The notes below the pieces were generated by a model. The model was not told the origin of the DNA and made no database searches. It saw nothing but the letters and a program-made list of their open reading frames with translations. Positions 1 through 9,423 of a DNA stretch of 64,000 bases are shown here, one piece after another. How positions within the stretch are numbered: position 1 is the first letter of the stretch; every line of letters starts with the position of its first letter. Origin of the DNA: a virus; IMG/VR virus record IMGVR_UViG_3300011113_000500, positions 4,396 through 68,395 of that record, one strand, 5' to 3'. Both the position numbers and the translations under genes were made by a program.

Positions 1-754
1 CTCTAGTCGCGGTATACTCCGTACCAATGTTCGCTGTTGCGATAAACGTTACACCTTCGGCTACCGGAATGGTAGGAGCATTCTCATGCTCATCTAAGCG
101 TAAATATCTTTGTCCCTGATCCAAAACCGTCATTAAGATGTTCCATGCCTCAGGATGTGCTCTCGATAACTCATCTAACAAGATAACGGCATCCTTAGTT
201 TGGATCGCTTTTACAAAGACCGATTCACAAAAGGTTGTACCTGTATCTTTCTTGAAGTGGGTGTTACCAATCAAAGTACCTCTTGGATCTTGAGTGGCAC
301 CTAAGTTAAAATAAAAGTCTGGACGATCCAAAGCCTTAACTAAGGACTTAGCAGCTTGCGTCTTACCACATCCTGCAGGACCGGTCATCATAATGTTCTT
401 ACCTCTAACCGCTGACCGTACCAAGTACTTCCATTTAAGGTCAGGCATAATAATCGTCTCTGGTCTAAGCTTTACAGCTTCGTTATGAATGAAATTCAAA
501 ATTGGATCTTCCATAGGGGTCTCTACTGCTTTTGGTTGTTCAATAATACTCTTTGTATCACTTGCTTCTGTCGGGTCTACTCGTCGTGCCCTTTGGCTAT
601 CATAGTCGAAGCAAAGTACCTGTCCATTGTCATGAGCCTTCCGGGCCATAATATCTCGGATCGGTACGTTAATAACTTCATTGCTATTAACACTTCTAAA
701 GATCCACTTACCATTTTTAAGTTCTGGGCGAACATATACTACCGTCGTTTTCAT
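1..754 (-). CDS. MoxR/CbbQ-type AAA+ ATPase (runs off the window edge)
   Basis: Not in the ORF track. Hand translation from ATG at 754 gives Walker A GPAGCGKT, Walker B ILLDELSR and FIATAN. Confidence 0.85.
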   Translation of the reverse strand, partial: MKTTVVYVRPELKNGKWIFRSVNSNEVINVPIRDIMARKAHDNGQVLCFDYDSQRARRVDPTEASDTKSIIEQPKAVETPMEDPILNFIHNEAVKLRPETIIMPDLKWKYLVRSAVRGKNIMMTGPAGCGKTQAAKSLVKALDRPDFYFNLGATQDPRGTLIGNTHFKKDTGTTFCESVFVKAIQTKDAVILLDELSRAHPEAWNILMTVLDQGQRYLRLDEHENAPTIPVAEGVTFIATANIGTEYTATR

Positions 755-774
755 AGGGGTTATTATTTGGTTTT

Positions 775-835
775 ATTATTATTTCATAAAGATAAGTACA
801 CTTTCTCGTAAATCCTAAGAAAATGTTAACTTTTT
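775..835 (-). promoter_or_regulatory. Early-type promoter module
   Basis: Minus strand CTTAGGATTT...GTACTTATCTTTATG, the motif repeated upstream of many gene blocks; resembles Bacteroidota -33 TTTG / -7 TAnnTTTG. Confidence 0.6.
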
Positions 836-1684
836 TTAGAACTTCATATTATTCAAGGCTCCCAATATCTCTTTGGTGGATCCGGTTGGGGTGGTCGGGG
901 TTGGATATTTGATAGATTGGATCGACCAGCTCTTATCATATGCATATGGTCTCATTACAATCGTGATCCCATTAGCCAATGTCAAACAAATACCTCTATG
1001 GTGGCTATGGAACCTATCATAATGTCTACCGCGCCATTTACCTACATAGATAGTCTCTTCAGCTACCTTAGCGCCTGGATAGACCGCATTCCAATCTGTA
1101 TCTTTGATCATCGATGCTATAACATCTGCCTCATTCTTTGCAGATACTTTACTATCATAATGATCCTGGATCTGTTGGATTATGGTCTTGACATTTTTAT
1201 ATGCCTTGTTATCTTGTTTATACCCTAAGCCGTTGGTATACATTTTATAACCGCGGCTTCTGGATGACCATCTACTAGATACATAATGTTCTCTTACTTC
1301 AATACGCACATTAGGATCGTCATTGAATACTATATATGCACGCGTAATATCACCTTTCACTTCAGCTATCTGTACACGGTCTTCGTAGTTATCACTGTAA
1401 CTCATTGGACTGCAATCACACTCCTTAGTGTCATACTTGATAGTAAACTTTGTCGATGCCTTTTGGATCTGTTTATAATAAGCTTCTGTATGCTCAACTT
1501 GGGTCTTACCTTCATCCTGGCGACGTTGTAGATCCTTTTTAGCATTAGCAATCCTTTCATGGTTGTATTCAAACTCCTTAACGGCTTGCTCATGCTCTTT
1601 CAATTTAGCTTGCGCCGCGGCAATAATAGCCTTTTCTTTTTCAATGTCAATAACATTCATGGTAGGGGTGGTTTTTGTTTTCAT
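836..1684 (-). CDS. Hypothetical protein, N-terminal coiled coil
   Basis: 282 aa ORF directly after a promoter module. Confidence 0.7.
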   Translation of the reverse strand: MKTKTTPTMNVIDIEKEKAIIAAAQAKLKEHEQAVKEFEYNHERIANAKKDLQRRQDEGKTQVEHTEAYYKQIQKASTKFTIKYDTKECDCSPMSYSDNYEDRVQIAEVKGDITRAYIVFNDDPNVRIEVREHYVSSRWSSRSRGYKMYTNGLGYKQDNKAYKNVKTIIQQIQDHYDSKVSAKNEADVIASMIKDTDWNAVYPGAKVAEETIYVGKWRGRHYDRFHSHHRGICLTLANGITIVMRPYAYDKSWSIQSIKYPTPTTPTGSTKEILGALNNMKF

Positions 1685-1694
1685 ATCCTTTTTA

Positions 1695-1817
1695 TTAATA
1701 TTTCATAAAATTAAGTACATTTTCTCTATTAGGCAAAGCTTTTTGTAACTTTTTTTCAGAAATGTTTTAACTAGTTGATTATCAATAAGTTATAACTAGT
1801 TGATTATCAATGGATTA
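1695..1817 (-). promoter_or_regulatory. Promoter module plus 2 tandem 25-bp palindromes (1768-1817)
   Basis: TTTG-N21-TAATTTTA on the minus strand; units TAACTAGTTGATTATCAATAAGTTA and TAACTAGTTGATTATCAATGGATTA. Confidence 0.7.
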
Positions 1818-1825
1818 CAAACTCC

Positions 1826-2077
1826 CTAATTTAGTAAGGCTTTGAGGCTGGATCGGCGTTCTTCTATCATCTCATCCAATTCCTCCTTGACTATCTTAGC
1901 AATGGCCACTGAAGTCATTACCGATAATAGCTGAGTCCTTTGTGCATCCTGATCGCCGATCCCTAAGTCTACATTCTCCCGCAGGTACTGAATATCTTCT
2001 TCACATCTAGCAATGGCTTTACGCATTTCTTTGCGATGTGCTACTAACTGATCAAATTCTCTGTGTATATTTAACAT
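1826..2077 (-). CDS. Hypothetical coiled-coil protein
   Basis: 83 aa ORF on the coding strand. Confidence 0.6.
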   Translation of the reverse strand: MLNIHREFDQLVAHRKEMRKAIARCEEDIQYLRENVDLGIGDQDAQRTQLLSVMTSVAIAKIVKEELDEMIEERRSSLKALLN

Positions 2078-2764
2078 GGTTTTTTATTTTTGATTTTCAC
2101 TACAACATCTACATTTGCTTCTCCCTGAATGACCTTTCATTCGTTCTTTAGGAGTCCAAACTGCTACATATATTAGGAGTGCTATAAACAATCCATTGAG
2201 AGCGCATAATACCGCATAACCTATTGTGTCTAACATAATTTTATTCTTCTATATGATTATATACTAATTTCATTACCCAGGCATTTACAAACTCATACAT
2301 ACCGCACACGTTACGTGCTTCTTCTTCGGTTTCGTAATAAATTATACCGCCGTCTTTATCTTTCATGAATCCCATGTTTCTGAGATCGATGATAACATAA
2401 TGTCCTTCTTTCATAGTTTTAAATTTAGTAGTCAGGATAGTATTTGGATTAGTGAATACACTAAAACTATACTACCAAAAATGTAAATAATCATAGGGTC
2501 AAATGGATGACATCCTTTTTCAAGTTCTTGATGGAATTTTTTAATCATACATCTAAATCAATTACTTTACCTACTTGTTTAGTCCAAAAACTAGCAGTTG
2601 GAATAACAATAATTACCATTGCTAATAACCAACCCCATATTTGCCATCCTAATTCTGTATCACTTTCATTAGTGATAACACCCCACATTCCGATTGCTCC
2701 AATCAATGTTACTATGATTGTATTGATAATAATTTTAAAAAACTCTTTCATATCCTTTTTTACT

Positions 2765-3442
2765 TTAAAATGTTTCGTTATAGTATTGTTCTGCATCCTT
2801 GAATGTAACTTGGCTCGTGATATTTCTATTGTCAAGTATACTATTTATAACCTCCTCCTTGTGCATTGCTTTGGCTTGTTGAATTATTGTGCTTAATTCT
2901 CTGCCACTATATAGTTGTTTCTCTAACCACTCTATACTACTTTGTTTCTTACCTTCCGTACGATCCGTAATACTATAACCAGCACTATCAAACTCTGGAC
3001 CGTTATCTTTCCATGGATCATTCTCCGTTGGAATACCTTCTGGCCATGATTGTGGATCCATATCAGCATAACGGGCGGCCTCATCTGGATCAGAAATGTA
3101 ACCTAACAAGTAATTCAATCGATCCTCATATTCTGAATCGTTATCTATATTAGCCAAATAATGATATACGTCTAATTGAGCTAAAAGTGCATCTTCATAT
3201 GTAAATGCGCCAATATGCCATTCAAATTCCATATCTGGATATTGTGAAGGTATTAAAGCTTCCTTCCAATCATAGATTGAAAATACAACACCTTTACTTT
3301 CTAAATGCCAATCAGCATTTGATTTATCACCGAACTGATACTGTGGTGCACCAAAGGCTTTTATTAGATTGTTGTAAGTAGTTTTAACTACATGACCATG
3401 GTAGCTTGTACCACTCAGCGACTTGTTTGTTTTTACTATCAT
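2765..3442 (-). CDS. Hypothetical protein; C-terminus is a copy of the small-gene module at 4547-4795
   Basis: Ends KKQSSIEWLE...QAKAMHKEEV...AEQYYNETF, shared with ORF 4547-4795. Confidence 0.7.
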   Translation of the reverse strand: MIVKTNKSLSGTSYHGHVVKTTYNNLIKAFGAPQYQFGDKSNADWHLESKGVVFSIYDWKEALIPSQYPDMEFEWHIGAFTYEDALLAQLDVYHYLANIDNDSEYEDRLNYLLGYISDPDEAARYADMDPQSWPEGIPTENDPWKDNGPEFDSAGYSITDRTEGKKQSSIEWLEKQLYSGRELSTIIQQAKAMHKEEVINSILDNRNITSQVTFKDAEQYYNETF

Positions 3443-3453
3443 AGGGGTTATTT

Positions 3454-3612
3454 TTAATTAGATCATAAAATTAAGTACAATATTTCAGAAAACCTAAGGA
3501 AAAGTAAGAAAAGTTGTAACACATTGATTCTCAACAGGTTATAAGTTATTGAATATCAACTAGTTATAACTCATTGTAAATCAATGTGTTAGGTACTTTA
3601 TAAGAGAACGTT
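3454..3612 (-). repeat. Dispersed ~160-bp promoter/palindrome module (3 units, 3517-3591)
   Basis: Near-identical to 7292-7442 (shares agtacaatatttcagaaaacctaaggaaaagtaagaaaagttgtaac and gttaggtactttataagagaacgt). Confidence 0.8.
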
Positions 3613-3671
3613 TAACGAACTCGCCATGCTTATTGGGGTCTTAACCAACCCGAGCCGTATTATACGGATAT

Positions 3672-4157
3672 TCAAAGGCTATATGTGTCTATCTTATAGT
3701 TTAAGAATAACCTTAATGGTTGCCCTTTATCGTCGTGTAGCTTGCTGTTCCATAACGATCCTGGCTGCACTACGTAGTGACATTCTATTGTCTCTACCGC
3801 ATTATTCCCGTTAGTCAGATATTGTAATGCCTGATAGGTGAATGTTACTACATTCTTTGTTACCTCATTCCGTACATATATCATTCTATCTAATCTATGA
3901 TCCACTTCCTGCTCAAAGTCTCGGAAGCTTCCAAATGGATTGTTTGGGATGTACATCGGTAAATCATCTATGAGTGTTAATTGATTCGTCGCCTCATCAT
4001 ACTCAAAGTCTTCTATGTCTAGCATGCGTACAGCACGAGGGGACTTTCGTTTAGTGGTACCAGGATAATACCTTGGATCTTGAGTGCCCCAGTAGTCGTC
4101 GACGGCATTTAATATCTCTCCCATAACAAAGTCTTCATAATCATTTACTGGTTCCAT
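3672..4157 (-). CDS. Hypothetical protein
   Basis: 161 aa ORF. Confidence 0.6.
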   Translation of the reverse strand: MEPVNDYEDFVMGEILNAVDDYWGTQDPRYYPGTTKRKSPRAVRMLDIEDFEYDEATNQLTLIDDLPMYIPNNPFGSFRDFEQEVDHRLDRMIYVRNEVTKNVVTFTYQALQYLTNGNNAVETIECHYVVQPGSLWNSKLHDDKGQPLRLFLNYKIDTYSL

Positions 4158-4159
4158 AC

Positions 4160-4339
4160 TTAGTGTATTATATTATTAATAGTATCTGGTCTCCACTCTA
4201 TTGTAGTTGAGTCCTCTTTCTGTGTTACTATGATTGGTACTTGTTCTCCATACTGATCCGTCCAATATAGATCTTGGGATCTTTCGAGTGAACATCCCGT
4301 TAAGAGTGATGCAATTGCTATTGTGATATACTTACTCAT
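4160..4339 (-). CDS. Small putative lipoprotein (59 aa)
   Basis: Hand translation MSKYITIAIASLLTGC..., with a lipobox LTGC. Confidence 0.55.
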   Translation of the reverse strand: MSKYITIAIASLLTGCSLERSQDLYWTDQYGEQVPIIVTQKEDSTTIEWRPDTINNIIH

Positions 4340-4341
4340 TA

Positions 4342-4575
4342 TTAGCCTGCTGATTGATATTGGTTACCCTTTTGTTCTATAGCATCTAATACCCTAAACA
4401 ATGGAACTAGTATTGTTCCGTTAGTGTATACTTCTTTGCTGTCTTTGAAGCTGTAGTCCATGATAAAGTCTATGATCTTAAGCTGTTCCTCATCGGTGAT
4501 GTATTGCAGTCTGCTCTTTATGGATAAGTCTTCTTTGATCTCTTGTTTACTCGTCTCCACCTCCAAATGTTTCAT
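4342..4575 (-). CDS. Hypothetical protein
   Basis: 77 aa ORF in the small-gene array. Confidence 0.55.
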   Translation of the reverse strand: MKHLEVETSKQEIKEDLSIKSRLQYITDEEQLKIIDFIMDYSFKDSKEVYTNGTILVPLFRVLDAIEQKGNQYQSAG

Positions 4576-4795
4576 TGTAGTATTGTTCTGCTGTTATATC
4601 ATTACCATAACCCCAATTTGTTTGACCATTAAATCTGCCTTTTTGATAAGCATCTTTAACCTCCTCCTTATGCATTTGCTTGGCTTGTTCATAAACACTT
4701 TTAAAATTTTTAGTCATTTCAGATGCTTCAGCAACATAAAAAATATCTTTTATTTGCTCTTCCAACCATTCAATACTACTTTGTTTCTTTTTCAT
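4547..4795 (-). CDS. Small phage protein (SSIEWL...AEQYYNETF family)
   Basis: Paralogous to the C-terminus of 2765-3442. Confidence 0.7.
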   Translation of the reverse strand: MKKKQSSIEWLEEQIKDIFYVAEASEMTKNFKSVYEQAKQMHKEEVKDAYQKGRFNGQTNWGYGNDITAEQYYNETFGGGDE

Positions 4796-4800
4796 AATTT

Positions 4801-5067
4801 TTAGTTTTTAGAGTTTTTCCATTTAGGCATTTCATACCAAACTTGTTCTGTTATAGGTGATTCAACGTCATCTATGTAAATTTTTACTTTACCTAAGTAT
4901 TTAGGACTATCTATATGACTAACAACATCTACACACTGCTTGGCTTTATCAAGTGGATTAATAGCGCCACCATATAAATTCCCGTAGCTGTCTTTGAAAA
5001 CGCTCATATACATAGGCTCAACCTTAACTTGCTTACCAAATAATAACCTCTTTAAAAAATCTTTCAT
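4801..5067 (-). CDS. Hypothetical protein (probable start MKDFLKR at 5067)
   Basis: ATG follows the conserved AAACTAAAAATT junction. Confidence 0.6.
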   Translation of the reverse strand: MKDFLKRLLFGKQVKVEPMYMSVFKDSYGNLYGGAINPLDKAKQCVDVVSHIDSPKYLGKVKIYIDDVESPITEQVWYEMPKWKNSKN

Positions 5068-5072
5068 AATTT

Positions 5073-5309
5073 TTAGTTTGTAATTGATTCTATTTCTTGT
5101 TTTACTTCTATCCAATAAGAGTAGTAATTAATTTTATCCAAATCAAAATCTAAATGCTGTCCGTGAGTCATACGTAATTTATAAATCTCATCAACTGCAA
5201 TCAATGCGCATTGTTTTGCTTTATGAGTATTTATAGAACACCCCTCATAATCCAATACATTCATTCTAAACGTATCTACTAACTCCTTTGCTTTTTCTTT
5301 TGGTGTCAT
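5073..5309 (-). CDS. Small phage protein (MTPKEKAKEL...AKQCALIAVDEI type)
   Basis: 78 aa ORF in the array. Confidence 0.65.
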   Translation of the reverse strand: MTPKEKAKELVDTFRMNVLDYEGCSINTHKAKQCALIAVDEIYKLRMTHGQHLDFDLDKINYYSYWIEVKQEIESITN

Positions 5310-5314
5310 AATTT

Positions 5315-5572
5315 TTAGTTTTTAGTTATATCAATCCATTTCCATCCTAAACACACCTTCATCATTGTACGATGAAACCAGTTAGGTTTTTTCTCAAACG
5401 CAACACAGAATCCTGCAGCACCTCCTAAACAATAATAACCCACATATTTAGGAGATGGTTTAAATACAAATGATGCATTGTTTTGAACTACCCCATCAGC
5501 ATATTCACTAACTTGTTGTTTGATATGTTCTGGTGTTTCGTTCATTAGACGTTCTACTGTTTTAGTTTTCAT
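5315..5572 (-). CDS. Hypothetical protein
   Basis: 85 aa ORF in the array. Confidence 0.6.
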   Translation of the reverse strand: MKTKTVERLMNETPEHIKQQVSEYADGVVQNNASFVFKPSPKYVGYYCLGGAAGFCVAFEKKPNWFHRTMMKVCLGWKWIDITKN

Positions 5573-5577
5573 AATTT

Positions 5578-5820
5578 TTAGTTTCCAATTTTAGTTACTA
5601 TTGTAAATTCAATAGTGCTGTCATTATTATTTTCATTTTTAAATTGTACCTGTCCACCACTAGGCTCAATATCTGATACTAATGTTTCAAATGGTAGTTG
5701 GGTGTCTAATTCGTTTTGTAGGATTTTTTTAAATTCACTTGTGAATTCAAAGATGTTCTTTTCTATAGTATTCTCAATTATTTCTTTAATTAGAGTACCT
5801 CTGTTACTTTTATTTTTCAT
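5578..5820 (-). CDS. Hypothetical protein
   Basis: 80 aa ORF in the array. Confidence 0.55.
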   Translation of the reverse strand: MKNKSNRGTLIKEIIENTIEKNIFEFTSEFKKILQNELDTQLPFETLVSDIEPSGGQVQFKNENNNDSTIEFTIVTKIGN

Positions 5821-5826
5821 AATTAT

Positions 5827-5994
5827 TTAGTTTTCATCTTCTAAATTTATATTTGTTAATTCAATTAATGCTTCTTTTCGTCGCATCTTCTCTAATATCT
5901 CTAATCCATGTCTAGATACTATAAAGTGAGCATCGTTCATAAAGATGCTATTCCATACTATTTTTAATGCAAATGCGTTCCAAAATACCTTCAT
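5827..5994 (-). CDS. Hypothetical protein (55 aa)
   Basis: Hand translation MKVFWNAF...LEDEN*, ending in the array junction. Confidence 0.45.
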   Translation of the reverse strand: MKVFWNAFALKIVWNSIFMNDAHFIVSRHGLEILEKMRRKEALIELTNINLEDEN

Positions 5995-6115
5995 GATTTT
6001 ATATCCTCCACTGATAATTTTATTTTACCATCAGCTATATAGTTTATGATACGGCCTGCTTCTTTCATGTTTTTACATCCAGATAAATCTACCTTTATCA
6101 ATCTTCGTTTCTTTT

Positions 6116-6418
6116 TCATATTTCTTTTTCGTATTTAGTATGTGGATAAAAATCTACACAATAAACCTTTACCTGCTCAAGCTCTAACCCACCGTTGAAA
6201 TCATCTACTTCATAGACATGATGTCCTTCAAGTTCATCTGGGTATTTGCTATCAAATGGCACCCATTCAATATACTTAGCCTTATTGTCTGTTCCTATTC
6301 CATAGTATTCATCTATACCTGCTTTAAGATCCTCTTCTGTATGAGCAGTTGCTATTGGCTTTCCCCATTGAGTTAATGCTACGTATGTAACTTTAATATA
6401 TGTTCTTGTTTGTGTCAT
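6116..6418 (-). CDS. Hypothetical protein
   Basis: 100 aa ORF. Confidence 0.6.
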   Translation of the reverse strand: MTQTRTYIKVTYVALTQWGKPIATAHTEEDLKAGIDEYYGIGTDNKAKYIEWVPFDSKYPDELEGHHVYEVDDFNGGLELEQVKVYCVDFYPHTKYEKEI

Positions 6419-6422
6419 AATT

Positions 6423-6632
6423 TTATATATTTAAAAATTCTATAGGTGTCCAGTAATAATATGCGTTACAAAGTATATCTTCACCTTTTTTAACTTTATA
6501 AAGTATCTCAGCTGTTTCTAACCATCGTGTTTCACCATCAATAGTCATTGGCCACCATAAGAATTTTGTTTTAGTTCTTTTAATGTCATCCCAATAAGCA
6601 TGCATTAGCTCTTTTTCTTTTGTAAATCTCAT
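6423..6632 (-). CDS. Hypothetical protein
   Basis: 69 aa ORF with ATGA-type overlap to the upstream gene. Confidence 0.6.
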   Translation of the reverse strand: MRFTKEKELMHAYWDDIKRTKTKFLWWPMTIDGETRWLETAEILYKVKKGEDILCNAYYYWTPIEFLNI

Positions 6633-7288
6633 ATCAATCTTTTTTCGTGATGATCCTTCGGTAATGATAGTTTAGCAATTGGTTGCTTGTCCATTATCCT
6701 TAATATATTATCTAAATCGATAGGTTCCAAATTATTTCCATCCACACCGACATCCATTGCTTTACCATCAGCCACCCTAAGGTGATTAGGTAAATGTACA
6801 TGTCCGTGCAAGTGAATGACACCACCGTTCATATTGATCCAACTAGCAATTGGATAATGCATACAAACAAAAGTATATCGATCCATGGCATCCTTTTTAG
6901 TAACACCGGGACGTTTAACTTCCAAATACAAATACTCTTGTACTGAGCTAAACAAGCTTTGCACATTGTCTTTGTTTCGTTCGATATGATGATCATGATT
7001 ACCAAGTACCAAATGCACATTCTGGCATATGATCCTATCACGAAATTGTTTGATACTTTCAAACCCACCGAATGACCAATCACCTAAGTGGATCAAGATA
7101 TCATCCTGATGTACGTGTTTGTTAATATTAGATACTAACTCTTCGTTCATCTTCTCCAATGAACTAAAATCACGCGTCACCGAATCGGCATCTGTCCATC
7201 GTGTAGTTGATCGGCATATGTTGGCATGGTTGTAGTGTGTATCACTCGTAAACCATAGCCTTTGACCTTTCTTTAATTCAATCTTCAT
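6629..7288 (-). CDS. Calcineurin-like metallophosphoesterase
   Basis: Motifs SDTH, HLGD, LGNHD, HGHVH. Confidence 0.9.
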   Translation of the reverse strand: MKIELKKGQRLWFTSDTHYNHANICRSTTRWTDADSVTRDFSSLEKMNEELVSNINKHVHQDDILIHLGDWSFGGFESIKQFRDRIICQNVHLVLGNHDHHIERNKDNVQSLFSSVQEYLYLEVKRPGVTKKDAMDRYTFVCMHYPIASWINMNGGVIHLHGHVHLPNHLRVADGKAMDVGVDGNNLEPIDLDNILRIMDKQPIAKLSLPKDHHEKRLI

Positions 7289-7291
7289 ATC

Positions 7292-7442
7292 TTTTAATTA
7301 GATCCTAAAGATAAGTACAATATTTCAGAAAACCTAAGGAAAAGTAAGAAAAGTTGTAACTCATTGATAATGAACTAGTTACAAATCAATTGATTATAAG
7401 TCGTTGATTATCAATGAGTTAGGTACTTTATAAGAGAACGTA
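7292..7442 (-). repeat. Dispersed promoter/palindrome module (units 7357-7381 and 7397-7421, plus one truncated unit)
   Basis: Near-identical to 3454-3612. Confidence 0.8.
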
Positions 7443-7513
7443 TATTGAACTTATAGCCCGTACGGGTATTTTGGATCATATCGTTTATGATCTTGTTCAG
7501 GCCGTTCTATATC

Positions 7514-8671
7514 TTAATGAGAATCGCCTACATCGTGTTTCTCTCCGTAGATGAGATAGTCTGGATTGATCACTTTGGCAACCTTGTTTCGTTCACCCGA
7601 TGTATGTTTGATTACAATACCTTCATGTGGTACTTTGGTACCTTCAATAAAGTTGTTGAATGTGAATTGATCTTGAATTTCTTGAGACCAAAGCCCAACA
7701 TATAATATTGGTACATGAGGCAAATCAACACCACCAATAAAATCATAAGACTTACCAATCATTGTAAGATGAGTTGCTTCACCAGCAAAATACCTACCAT
7801 CCCACATAACATCGAACCCAGCAAACTCTAACTCCTTCAATCCATAGTCATAGTTCTTTTGAATACCAGGACCATATATCTCACCATAAACTACTACTCC
7901 ACTTCCAACTTCAGCTGGTGTGTGGTTCTTAACAAATGCCCATAACTTGTTTTTGATATCATACTTATCAGCAATTGTTCTCCATACGTCTGTGTCATAG
8001 AAACCTTGAGTATCAGATCCTTTCTCTACGTTATGTGAACCATAAACATATTCATATTCAATCCATTCATCAGCCAAACGTAAGAATTTTTTACACTTAT
8101 CCCAAAATGATAATTTACGTTTCTTAACAATACCATAACGAGCATTTGTACCATGAATCTTACGAGTGATTTGAACATAATCATCTTCACTGAACATTCC
8201 GGTTACATTCTTAATGTTAGGGAACTTATAGTATACCGTGAAGTTAGGATTCTGGTGATACTTGATCTTACGTCCTGATGCTAATTGGACTTGTACTGCT
8301 GGTGGTTCGTATTTAAAGATGCTCATGGCTTCCATCATATCTCTACCCTCAAAGTACTCATTACGAGTACCTTTGTATGGTACGTGCGATAGAGGAATGA
8401 TTAAGCATTCAGAATATACTCCTCTCAATTTAACAGTACGAACACGACCACCTTTACGTAAGTAGTTGGTTACATTCATTGCGTCTGAAAGTTCTTGAGG
8501 TATGACTGCATCTGTTGTTGCTACAACCACTAAGTCATCTACCTTGTACTCTCCTTTCTTGGTGATAGCTTGCCATCCACCTGCTAAGGCTACTTCAATA
8601 TTATCTGCACCTGGAATTGGTATAAGTTCACCAATACGTGCTACATAGCATACACTATTTTGATTTTCCAT
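7514..8671 (-). CDS. RNA ligase, Rnl2/DRB0094 type, with N-terminal OB-like domain
   Basis: IPGADNIE, motif I RKIHGTN, GEIYGPGIQKN, EGIVIK, KVINPDY. Confidence 0.9.
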   Translation of the reverse strand: MENQNSVCYVARIGELIPIPGADNIEVALAGGWQAITKKGEYKVDDLVVVATTDAVIPQELSDAMNVTNYLRKGGRVRTVKLRGVYSECLIIPLSHVPYKGTRNEYFEGRDMMEAMSIFKYEPPAVQVQLASGRKIKYHQNPNFTVYYKFPNIKNVTGMFSEDDYVQITRKIHGTNARYGIVKKRKLSFWDKCKKFLRLADEWIEYEYVYGSHNVEKGSDTQGFYDTDVWRTIADKYDIKNKLWAFVKNHTPAEVGSGVVVYGEIYGPGIQKNYDYGLKELEFAGFDVMWDGRYFAGEATHLTMIGKSYDFIGGVDLPHVPILYVGLWSQEIQDQFTFNNFIEGTKVPHEGIVIKHTSGERNKVAKVINPDYLIYGEKHDVGDSH

Positions 8672-8672
8672 A

Positions 8673-9056
8673 TTATAACTTTATTTCAAAACGTTTTCTC
8701 ATTTGTTCTATCTTATCATCTGGGCATCCGTGGATGTTTTTACTATCATGTCTATTCTCTACTATAAGGCAAGATGTTTGATACCCATACTTCTCAGCCA
8801 ATTCAAAATAAGCATCCATTTCCCATTCTTGGGTAAATGTATTTGAAACTACAATCATACCTAACCCATCTTCCATGGAGTGTTCAACACGTAGTTTGCA
8901 CCAATTATGTGCTTGATTAAGCTTCGAAGCATCAAACTTATATTCGCCGTCTTGCATAAAATATTGATCCGCTTCAAACATATAACAGCCTAATGACTTA
9001 GCTAGTGTTGATTTGCCCGATCCAGGCAATCCTCTTAATAATATTAACTGCTTCAT
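8673..9056 (-). CDS. P-loop polynucleotide-kinase-like protein (AAA_33)
   Basis: LRGLPGSGKST, EADQYF, VVSNTF; adjacent to the RNA ligase. Confidence 0.8.
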   Translation of the reverse strand: MKQLILLRGLPGSGKSTLAKSLGCYMFEADQYFMQDGEYKFDASKLNQAHNWCKLRVEHSMEDGLGMIVVSNTFTQEWEMDAYFELAEKYGYQTSCLIVENRHDSKNIHGCPDDKIEQMRKRFEIKL

Positions 9057-9421
9057 AACCAACCTTCTTGTTTTAACTCTTTCAAAAATGCTTTGAACTC
9101 GGCTTCACCTTGCAAGCATACCGATTCTTTCAAATGCTCCATTGACTCAGGATCGTTTATTAACACTCCTCTGAACCAAGCATTGTTATCCCAAAAATCT
9201 TCCTTCCAAGGTCTTTCTCGTTTGTCTGTGAACTCGATGTCAATATCCTCAAAGTAAGTACCTGGCGCATCCGGTCTCTCCAATCTGATTGCTTCGAAGC
9301 AATACTTGTCGCTTTCAATACTTCTTGATTCAGAACGCATGATGTTAATCTCCACTTCTGGTGATTGTTCTTCTTGTTCGCGAACATACCATACTCCATT
9401 TACTTGTATTCTGTCTTCCAT
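9053..9421 (-). CDS. Hypothetical protein
   Basis: 122 aa ORF, translationally coupled. Confidence 0.65.
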   Translation of the reverse strand: MEDRIQVNGVWYVREQEEQSPEVEINIMRSESRSIESDKYCFEAIRLERPDAPGTYFEDIDIEFTDKRERPWKEDFWDNNAWFRGVLINDPESMEHLKESVCLQGEAEFKAFLKELKQEGWL

Positions 9422-9423
9422 AA

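Noticed and set aside
1768-1817. TTGATTATCAA as an FNR box
   Set aside because: FNR needs TTGAT-N4-ATCAA; the spacing here is N1, and flanking TAA/TTA are also conserved.
2765-4795. DGR template/variable repeat pair
   Set aside because: Differences are not adenine-specific and include indels; no reverse transcriptase is in the window.
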